DNA of 64,000 nucleotides from an uncultured Collinsella sp. (GTDB lineage Bacteria; Actinomycetota; Coriobacteriia; Coriobacteriales; Coriobacteriaceae): NCBI GenBank assembly GCA_900546455.1, contig URCS01000001.1, positions 3,040 to 67,039 of the forward strand, read 5' to 3'. Shown piece by piece: positions 51,961 to 59,523 of this stretch (position 1 is its first letter; each line of letters starts with the position of its first letter). The notes under the pieces were generated by a model. It saw only the letters and a program-made list of their open reading frames with translations, ran no database searches and was not told where the DNA came from. The position numbers and the translations under genes were made by a program.

Positions 51961-52280
51961 ATTACAGTTTGAGTCGTCCGAAAGGGCGGCTCCTTACTAG
52001 TTCTGGTAATACGATTGAGCCGTACCGATGGTCGCTGGCCGACCGCGACCGCGACGCGGCCTCCACCCGAGACCCCCATCTCGACACATAGCCCGTCATC
52101 CGACGAAAGCGCGCAGGTCGTCCTGTATAGGCGCATGGTGTCCCCCTCCGCCGCAAGAGGGAAACGAAAAAGCCCCTCTTTGCCACTACGGACAAAAGGG
52201 GCCTCCCAGGGGAAACGTGTTACAAAGCCTTCTTTGCAGGACGATGAAGATCAGAAACCCAACGTCGTACGCGTAGGGAC

Positions 52281-52980
52281 TTACCCAACACCCACGCCAT
52301 TTCGATCTTCTGGGCCTTCAACGCCACGTCCCGATAAGCATCCGGGCATCGGAATGACCTCGTCGCAAGCCGCAAGCATCTCTTCGTCATGAGTGACAAC
52401 AATTACAATATGGTCTCTCTTAACCTCATGAAGCAATTTAATTAGCGCGCTCCGGCTCTTCGCATCAAGCGCTGAAGTTGACTCAAGAAACAACATGACG
52501 TCCGGCGATTTCAACATCTGCCGCACAATTGCGATGTTCTGCTTCTCCCCGCCGGACACCCCTCCTTTCTTGCTGCCAAGCATCGCTGCCGCCCCGTTCT
52601 CCGCAGCGGCAATCATTTTGTCTAACCCCAATATGGCAAGCATCCGATTCAGTTTGTCGGCCTCGAAATCATCAGAAAGCAGCGTAAGATTATCGAGGAT
52701 CGTCCCCCCAACAATAGGGGGCTCTTGCTCCGTAATGCCAACTCGGCACCGCCGCAATGCGTATCGGTCGATGCGACGCTGTGATACCCCGTTGTAGAGG
52801 ACGGCCCCTTCCGTGTTATCTGGATATAGACCCAATATCACTGACAGCAGCGAGCTCTTCCCCGAGCCATTTCTTCTTGCTTACTGTTTTTCTTATATTG
52901 TAACGATTTTCGATAAGAGGAAAGATTACTCCATGACGCGCAAGCCCGAACTCTAAGCGTTTCCCATCAGCATTGCCCAT
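52281..52980 (-). pseudogene. Disrupted ABC transporter ATP-binding domain (frameshift and deletion before Walker A; foreign C-terminal end)
   Basis: The 186-aa ORF has the signature VSGGEKQ, Walker B VMLFLESTSALD and H-loop VTHD, but its Walker A (NGSGKSSLLSV) lies behind a stop codon or in another frame. The upstream 54-codon ORF (MGNADGKRLEF...) is out of frame. The tail after DEVIPM is GC-rich non-ABC sequence. Confidence 0.7.
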
Positions 52981-54586
52981 TTTTCGGATCGAAATCCAAA
53001 TCCAGCTTCCTATCGCATGCTGAAATCAAATCCTGATCATGGCTTACAACAAGAATTAGCTGATCGAAGGGATTTCGATGAATATACTCCGTGAACTCCC
53101 GACGGCTTTCTTCATCTAAATCGTTCGTTGGTTCATCGAACACAAGCACTTCCGGCTGCCTGCGAAGTGCTGCGAATATCCTTAGCTTTCGATACTCTCC
53201 ACCAGAAAGGTCTCTACAATTCTTGCCTTTTAACGATTCGACGGTTCGATAGAAACTCGGCACAAGCTCTCGGAGGTTTTCGCTCGATCCCCGAATCGAC
53301 GTCCTCTCAAGGTAATTCTCCACCGTTTCGTTCGGAATAAAGAGCTTTTGCGGGCACACCGCAAACAGGTCCCGTCGGATCGTCTCCATATCGAGCTCTT
53401 CATATGGCACCGACCCCAAAGCCCGATGTCCCCCAGCAGAATATAGTCCAAGGAGCACCTTCAGAAACGTGCTTTTTCCGCATCCGTTCGGCCCGGTAAT
53501 GGCATAGGTTTTTCCTTCCTCCACCTCCACGGAGAGGTCGCGGTATAAGTAGGGCTTTCCCGCGTATCGGTACGCGATGTTGGACAACGATATGCTCTCC
53601 ACGTGCCCAACCGTGAGGGTGCCGCGGTCCTCGGCGTCCTCCGTCAGAGCCCCCAATCGGTCGAACGAGGCCCTTGCGTCCTGATACGATTTGAAATAAT
53701 TCAAAAAATACTTGAAGCATCCGAACGCCATCGAGTAATACGAGTTCACCATTGTGAACTCGCCTAAGCTCATTCTTCCGCTCAATATTTCCATCCCGGA
53801 GATCACGAGCAGTGCCCCCCGAAACACAGACGAGATCAGGCCGTCGCTTGATGTGGCCAGATTCGAGACCCTACTTGCTTTCATGTAAATCGGGTAGTAC
53901 CCCTCGAATACCCCTTTGAGCGTCCGAGCGCTCTGGTTATATGCGCCATCGCACTTAATGTCAAACAACTGCGACAGCTCGCCGCTCACGGACGCGAAAA
54001 GCTTACTCAAACCCTCCTTGTTCGCAAGCGAACTGTTGTACAACGGCTTTTTCAACGCCCTGAATAAAATGAAGTACGCAACAAGCGAACATGCACTTAA
54101 CACCAGGAACACCGGATTAATCGAAAACAGGATGATGCATATCAACACAACCAGAACGATGTTAAGCCCGATCGTCAGGAAGTTGTTCACGACAAACGAT
54201 GACACCGCATTCGAATCCGCATACACCCTCTGCGTTGTATAGGATGGATCCGCCTGCTCCCCCTTTTCCAGGGGCCCCCGTTCAAACGACTCACACGTGG
54301 TCCCCATCAGTCTCGTCGTCATCTCCAAGATGACGCGCGATACGTTCACACCCATCGCATACGACATGAAGGAGGCCGATATCCCTATGCCCGCAACAAA
54401 GGCCGCAAACCACACGACGCGAGATGGATCCCTATTCGTCACGAGAAAGTCTACAAACCCACCGTTTAAGGCGGGCATGACGCACGAGAGAGCAAAATTC
54501 ACCAGCATGAGAATCACGAAAAGCCGTGACCCTTTACACCGAAACAACTCGTGAACCGTCTTCTTAAACATGCCAGCTCCCATCAA
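52967..54586 (-). CDS. ABC exporter, fused permease-ATPase half-transporter (no peptidase domain)
   Basis: N-terminal six-TM-type region, Walker A GPNGCGKST, signature LSGGEYRK, Walker B VLVFDEPTNDLD. Start could be 54583 or 54571. Confidence 0.9.
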   Translation of the reverse strand: MMGAGMFKKTVHELFRCKGSRLFVILMLVNFALSCVMPALNGGFVDFLVTNRDPSRVVWFAAFVAGIGISASFMSYAMGVNVSRVILEMTTRLMGTTCESFERGPLEKGEQADPSYTTQRVYADSNAVSSFVVNNFLTIGLNIVLVVLICIILFSINPVFLVLSACSLVAYFILFRALKKPLYNSSLANKEGLSKLFASVSGELSQLFDIKCDGAYNQSARTLKGVFEGYYPIYMKASRVSNLATSSDGLISSVFRGALLVISGMEILSGRMSLGEFTMVNSYYSMAFGCFKYFLNYFKSYQDARASFDRLGALTEDAEDRGTLTVGHVESISLSNIAYRYAGKPYLYRDLSVEVEEGKTYAITGPNGCGKSTFLKVLLGLYSAGGHRALGSVPYEELDMETIRRDLFAVCPQKLFIPNETVENYLERTSIRGSSENLRELVPSFYRTVESLKGKNCRDLSGGEYRKLRIFAALRRQPEVLVFDEPTNDLDEESRREFTEYIHRNPFDQLILVVSHDQDLISACDRKLDLDFDPKNGQC

Positions 54587-54667
54587 GCGGCCTTTTATCC
54601 AAAACTGAATTTGCTCGCCGCTTAATCGCTCCCATATATCCCTTGTTGTTAATCCTTGCTCAAGACA

Positions 54668-55027
54668 TTATCTCGGGTTGCGGTGCCCAGGATTCCATTT
54701 CACCTTTATATACATACGAATAAGCCCCCTATTTGCATAGGCAAGCGCGGCGATTATAACAGCAGCCACCATCAGACCGAGAATAGCCCTTTTGTCCGGA
54801 AAAAGGGACGAGAGAAAAAGGCATATTGCGGAGAAAACTATAGACGCCCCCACCACTCGGTTTGCGCCTAGAGACTCGGCCGTCCGCTTTGCCTCCTCTA
54901 AACGCTCTCCCGATAGCAATGACATTCCGGCAAGCAATCCCGTGAGCTTGCCTCGATATATCATTATTCCGAACAACAGCAGCAGGCATGACCCCACCAT
55001 TGAAACCACAACGTCCGACATCGCCAT
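54668..55027 (-). CDS. Small polytopic membrane protein (DUF3784/SdpI-type look; possible immunity or accessory protein)
   Basis: Three hydrophobic helices with a central LLAGMSLLSGERLEEAKR loop. It is upstream of, and co-oriented with, the ABC exporter. Start ATG at 55027 or 55021. The family assignment is tentative. Confidence 0.55.
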   Translation of the reverse strand: MAMSDVVVSMVGSCLLLLFGIMIYRGKLTGLLAGMSLLSGERLEEAKRTAESLGANRVVGASIVFSAICLFLSSLFPDKRAILGLMVAAVIIAALAYANRGLIRMYIKVKWNPGHRNPR

Positions 55028-55197
55028 CACTCCAGTCCACTCCTTCAATACCAGCCCTATCGACAAACATCAAAACTTTTTTTAACCTAATATTGTATAT
55101 CGATATAAATATATTCTTTTATATATCGTTTCGATTTGTGATATTTTATCGAACGAGTTGCTATTCGAGGAAGATAGGCCACAACCAAAGGAGATCA

Positions 55198-56091
55198 ATG
55201 GAATCCATGAATGTTTGGAGCGCGCAAATCTCATCATTGCCTGGAGTCATCCCTATCCCCCTCGACCCAAGCTACCTTCGCAGTGAACCAAATAACCGCC
55301 TGAGCGTCCTAAGCTCAGATGGGAAACAAATCTATACGATCCTCAACAGGGTCGCTAAAGAGATTCTTGACTTATGCGACGGCACCTGCGATTTGCCCAA
55401 AATTCTCCGTCTGTTCCAAGAAAAATACCCAGATCAACCGCGCGAGACGCTAGCGCATGACCTGGCCCAAACCCTGCATAGCCTGACCGTAAACTGTCTT
55501 ATCGTTTGGAAGAAAGAAGGGAGATATATGAACGACCCTTTCGGCTCCGATTACCTAACATCGGTGAATCCCGACGAGCTGCTTATTCTCGCGGACGCGA
55601 GCAGGTTTGCTGAAATCGAAGAGGCGGCTGCAAAATCCCTCTCTGCAAAACAGTCCAAAAATGGCAATAGGATCTATTTCTCTGAGTTCGACGTTGAGCC
55701 CGAATTGGAGAACTTTCTGGTTCTTCGCCAAAGGCTCTTTTCCTTTACCCATGATTATTTTCTACTCACGAGCCAGTCCGGAGAAATTAATGGATTGATA
55801 ATATGCGAGCCGGCCACTAATCCCGCCGGCCGCAGCGTCATCATCAAATTTATCTCATGCAGCTCCACGCTGCTTGCCGGTGTGCTCGACCGCCTTGCGG
55901 AATACTACGGATCTTCCGCTCCCAAAGCCTACCGCGCGCTCAGAATTGACGCGCCTGATTCCACCCCAATCGCCGAACAACTTGACCATTCCGACCAGCG
56001 CCTTGGCTTTTCCTTAGTCGGCACCCTGCCCAATGAGCTCGACTCGGGCGACGTCAAGCTGTTTGTTCGCCCGCTCGATAAGAAGCAATAA
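55198..56091 (+). CDS. PqqD-like RiPP recognition element fused to a GNAT-fold-like C-terminal domain
   Basis: The ATG at 55198 follows AAAGGAG. Residues about 25-100 (LSSDGKQIYTILNRVAKEILDLCDGTCDLPKILRLFQEKYP...LAHDLAQTLHSLTVNCLIVW) match the PqqD/RRE pattern. The C-terminus ends like a GNAT (RLGFSLVGTLPNE...GDVKLFVRPL) but has no obvious R/QxxGxG/A motif. Confidence 0.7.
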   Translation: MESMNVWSAQISSLPGVIPIPLDPSYLRSEPNNRLSVLSSDGKQIYTILNRVAKEILDLCDGTCDLPKILRLFQEKYPDQPRETLAHDLAQTLHSLTVNCLIVWKKEGRYMNDPFGSDYLTSVNPDELLILADASRFAEIEEAAAKSLSAKQSKNGNRIYFSEFDVEPELENFLVLRQRLFSFTHDYFLLTSQSGEINGLIICEPATNPAGRSVIIKFISCSSTLLAGVLDRLAEYYGSSAPKAYRALRIDAPDSTPIAEQLDHSDQRLGFSLVGTLPNELDSGDVKLFVRPLDKKQ

Positions 56092-57137
56092 TGAGCATGC
56101 CGGCAATAATCGGAGCGCCCCACAGCGTTGCGCTCGACATTACAAACAAATGCAACCTTCGTTGTCTACACTGCTTCAACAACAGTGGAGAAAACGATGT
56201 CGTCGCGAACGAATTATCCGACAACGAAGTCCTCGAACTCGTCGACTCGATTTGTCAAATGCACCCCTTTAGCTTCTGCTTCTGCGGAGGCGAGACCCTC
56301 CTGCGAAAGGATCTTGTCATCGAGTCCTTGCGGCGGCTCAGCGCATCTGGCGTCAAATGCAACCTCGTGTCAAACGGTCTGCTCGCAAACTCAAATACTT
56401 TGCATGAGCTCGAACGCGCCGGTTTAAACGGCATACAGTTTAGCCTCGATGGCCTACGCGATTCTCACGAACATATGCGAGGACTCTCGGGATTATACGA
56501 CCGGGTGCTCGACGCCATCGATATCACGCTGAACGAAACCTCACTGCACCTTTCAATTGCCTTTTGTCCGACATCGTTCAATGTCGACGATTTCAAACCA
56601 GTTTGCACGATGCTTCGAGACAAGCTGAAATCGTCGGGTAGAACTGACCGAATTGACCTTAGAGTTCAGCCGCTCATGCTCCTCGGTAGAGCCCGAAGAA
56701 ACCGCACGATTCGCCCTTCGAATAATCAATACCGTCGGCTAGTCAACACGATCAATGACCTTCGATACGATCCGGACTATCGAGGCTATTTCATGCTTGA
56801 GTGGGGCGACCCCATCGACCACTTGGTCAGATTCCCTCAACTGCAAATGCAATTTGACCAAGTGGCCATCCACGCCAATGGCGATATCGTCGCATCCCCC
56901 TATATACCTCTCATCATCGGAAACGTTCGCAAACACAGCCTTCAGGAATACTACGATGCCGGAATGGCAACCGTTTGGGATAAGCCCGTTGTTACCGCGT
57001 TGGCCAATCGTATGCACTCGATTGACGAGATGGAAGAGATCTCATCGTTGATTGCAGACATCAATATGGACGGCGACCTCTATATCGACCTGATCGACGA
57101 TGATCTAGGCGACCTGAGCGTCCTGTCACAATTCTAA
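56091..57137 (+). CDS. Radical SAM peptide-maturase-like enzyme with a cysteine-free SPASM-like C-terminal region
   Basis: LDITNKCNLRCLHC (CX3CX2C at residues 21-28). TAATG overlap with the upstream gene. The C-terminal GDIVASPYIPLIIGNVRKHSLQEYY resembles the SPASM/twitch core, but the last Cys in the protein is C172 of 348. Confidence 0.9.
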   Translation: MSMPAIIGAPHSVALDITNKCNLRCLHCFNNSGENDVVANELSDNEVLELVDSICQMHPFSFCFCGGETLLRKDLVIESLRRLSASGVKCNLVSNGLLANSNTLHELERAGLNGIQFSLDGLRDSHEHMRGLSGLYDRVLDAIDITLNETSLHLSIAFCPTSFNVDDFKPVCTMLRDKLKSSGRTDRIDLRVQPLMLLGRARRNRTIRPSNNQYRRLVNTINDLRYDPDYRGYFMLEWGDPIDHLVRFPQLQMQFDQVAIHANGDIVASPYIPLIIGNVRKHSLQEYYDAGMATVWDKPVVTALANRMHSIDEMEEISSLIADINMDGDLYIDLIDDDLGDLSVLSQF

Positions 57138-57149
57138 GGAGATGTTCCC

Positions 57150-57332
57150 ATGTATGAGACCCCAGAAGTAGAGAAGATGGATTCCAAAACCGGCCCCGTT
57201 CCCGTTGTGGTCAACTTTGCAGCCGTCGTGGATAACGTAGTCGCAGCCGTCTATGATGCCGTCGTTGCGGCCTACGCATTCTGGTACTCGGCAGACAACG
57301 ACGGCACCGGGACGAGTGCAGCACAGAACTAG
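57150..57332 (+). CDS. Candidate RiPP precursor peptide (60 aa, Cys-free, Val/Ala-rich)
   Basis: MYETPEVEKMDSKTGPVPVVVNFAAVVDNVVAAVYDAVVAAYAFWYSADNDGTGTSAAQN. An AAGGAG RBS lies 8 nt upstream, and the start is 12 nt after the radical SAM stop. Confidence 0.6.
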   Translation: MYETPEVEKMDSKTGPVPVVVNFAAVVDNVVAAVYDAVVAAYAFWYSADNDGTGTSAAQN

Positions 57333-57468
57333 TCGCCGGCTCATCGAGCAATCGCCTCGCCTATCACTGCATGCGATTGACTGCGCAGCCCCAGCCAACG
57401 CCCAAAGCGCCTTGAAGAGCTGCTTGTAACATTCGTTCATTCAACAGCGAGATCTCTTCACCATTCTC

Positions 57469-57506
57469 GGCCGGCCCGACAGATCGACACATCAGTCGGG
57501 CCGGCC
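57469..57506 (+). terminator. Perfect 12-bp GC-rich stem-loop downstream of locus A (terminator-like, no U-tract)
   Basis: GGCCGGCCCGAC, 14 nt, GTCGGGCCGGCC. Confidence 0.45.
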
Positions 57507-57913
57507 AGACTTATACAACGCGGCGACTCCGCTCACGCCACCCCCCCCCCGAAACTCACGCTGTCATCACACGGGCAATCAACAGTGAATCCTGTTATGC
57601 GACATGGGCAAACGGCCACGTGCGCGATTAAAACGAATTCACTTAACAGACTTCAAGAATGCTTTAGCACCGCAGGATGGCCATACGCGGAGCGCGGCAC
57701 GCATAAGCCAAAAGCGGCATTAAAAGCCATCCCCTTCCCTGCTGAATGCGCGTCCTAGCCCATCAACCGGTCGGACCATCGCGAAGATGATCCGTGCTTC
57801 CATACTGCAATGCGATATCAAGCATCACGAATAGTCCCCGCCCAACGGGGTTCTCCCCTCCGCAGGCGTTTCGGAACCCGCCCCCATCCCAAATTCCCAC
57901 GCAGCGGCCGCGT

Positions 57914-58423
57914 TCACCGCCGCCGCGGGGGCCCTAGCTCCCCCGCGGCGCGGGCACGGGCGGCGAGGTCGGATGTGAAAGCCGGACCGCAGAGGTATCG
58001 AGCGCACGCGGCCAGGGCCTCGAGGGCGCCTGGCGGGTAGGGAGATCCGAGCATGAGGCAGGACAACGCGCAGGCCCGCAAAAGGTTCACGAGCTCCCCC
58101 GCGACGCGGCAGACCCTCGGCTGCCCCTCGTAAAGGATGCAGAAGACACGGTCGAGGTCCGACGGTTCGACCAGGCTGTACCGGCAGTCCGCGTACAGTG
58201 CGCAGCCCCTCCCGCGCGGGTCGCCGTCCGAGTCCTCATCCGGCTCATGATGGCGCACCTCGACCCAAAGGCCCTCCAACACATCGTCGAACCCGAAATC
58301 GAGCTCCGCCTGGACGCTCTCGCCGAACGCATCGCCCAGGGCGAGCTCCGGCACCTTCGTCACACGGCCGTCCAGCCACTCAATCTCTGTCATCGCGCGC
58401 ATGGTCCAAGCCCCTTCCGACAC
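57914..58423 (-). CDS. Hypothetical protein (169 aa) in a GC-rich patch of the insert
   Basis: Strong GC3 bias and a balanced, acidic composition (…EIEWLDGRVTKVPELALGDAFGESVQAELDFGFDDVLEGLWVEV…). No motif recognised and no clear RBS. Confidence 0.4.
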   Translation of the reverse strand: MSEGAWTMRAMTEIEWLDGRVTKVPELALGDAFGESVQAELDFGFDDVLEGLWVEVRHHEPDEDSDGDPRGRGCALYADCRYSLVEPSDLDRVFCILYEGQPRVCRVAGELVNLLRACALSCLMLGSPYPPGALEALAACARYLCGPAFTSDLAARARAAGELGPPRRR

Positions 58424-58896
58424 GGGATTGTCAGCTCAACCCGACCCTTACCCATACGGACGAACATAACTCGCCAGGGGAAGCCCCTGAAGGCCGTGCG
58501 CCACAACATGAGGCCGAATCCGCCCCCGGCTGGACAGGCCAACAACGAAGGAGCACACGGAACCGGCGCGGCGTTACAACCGTCCCGGCAAGCGTGTCAC
58601 TTGGCCAAGTCATGATGCCGACAAACCCGGAAATGCTCCAACGGAGCGCCGAACGAGGGTAACAATATAAAGCCGTGCAACACGCGTTGGACGACCAGAA
58701 CAACCCAAACAAAGGCCTGCCGGTCCCACCTTCAAGCCCAATAGCAAAATGTGCATCAGCGGATTTGCAGCGATACAAGTCTCAACCATCACACCGCAGC
58801 GCGCCTAGTCCCACTCATCCTACTGCAAATGTCCCAGAACGAGAAAACGACCAGCTTAACATGCCACCCTTTATATCCGCACGCGCGTAATTCAAC

Positions 58897-59523
58897 TCAT
58901 AAGGACCGGCTATCCCTTACCTGTGACACAATCTCAAACGCACAGAACAGAATCATCAGTCCAATCATCGCATAAGAGGCAGCCGAACCTTCAAGCACTA
59001 TTCCACAAAGAACAATCTCCGCGCCGCCAATAAGAACTGTTATCAGGCGCTCTGCCTTTTTGCTCTCGCCGCTCGCATAAAAAGGCGGCAAAGCGCACAA
59101 GATCACATATAGCCCGGGAAGGGAATACAGGATCGATAGTCCAAGCCCCCCATCAACCGCAGTGTTTTGCGTAAGAATCAACTGAACCCAAACGGCAATT
59201 ATCACTGAGCAGGTTGTCGATAAAAGAAGACTAGAAATATAGCACGCAACAAAGTCCCGTCGCATTCGAACAGAGAAATCCGCGAACTCTCTTCGCCGCG
59301 TGGAAACAATAAGGTACACAGAAATTGCAATAGAACCAATCAGAGAAAACAGCGGAACAACCAGCAATTCAAGCTTATTACCCCATCGATCAACCACACC
59401 CCCACTCCAATGAGCGGGAATTGTATCAGGGAGGACTGACCAAGCCGCCCATAGAATCAGAAATGGAAGAATAGAGAGGATGAAAGATGATAACACTGCA
59501 GTAATTTTTTTTGAGGCTCTCAT
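58897..59523 (-). CDS. SdpI/DUF1648-like polytopic membrane protein (candidate immunity protein)
   Basis: The N-terminal WSVLPDTIPAHWSGGVVDRWGNK matches the DUF1648/SdpI-type motif (lPxxiPxHwxxxGxxDxwGxK). Five or six TM helices. Divergent from the locus B operon. The ATG at 59523 follows AAGGAG. Confidence 0.7.
   Translation of the reverse strand: MRASKKITAVLSSFILSILPFLILWAAWSVLPDTIPAHWSGGVVDRWGNKLELLVVPLFSLIGSIAISVYLIVSTRRREFADFSVRMRRDFVACYISSLLLSTTCSVIIAVWVQLILTQNTAVDGGLGLSILYSLPGLYVILCALPPFYASGESKKAERLITVLIGGAEIVLCGIVLEGSAASYAMIGLMILFCAFEIVSQVRDSRSL

Noticed and set aside
51971-52100. Possible group II intron domain V/VI or a riboswitch (a GNRA-capped stem and a GAGCCGTA string).
   Set aside because: The GAGCCGUA segment has no complementary 3' half, the stem is too short for domain V, and there is no RT/maturase ORF nearby. 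No riboswitch core that I know matches.
52015-52392. 125-aa plus-strand ORF and overlapping small ORFs at the left island edge.
   Set aside because: They have Pro/Ser/Thr/Arg-rich low-complexity translations and no RBS, and they run across a composition junction and into the ABC remnant. They are most likely non-coding.
54988-55197. The N-terminal 70 codons of the tracked 367-aa ORF (54988..56091).
   Set aside because: That part overlaps the divergent membrane-protein gene and the AT-rich promoter region and translates to junk. An ATG at 55198 with an AAAGGAG RBS gives a sensible start.
57541-57550. C10 homopolymer tract as a possible phase-variation switch.
   Set aside because: It is not inside or just upstream of any credible ORF or promoter. 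It may matter for sequencing accuracy, but there is no evidence of a regulatory role.
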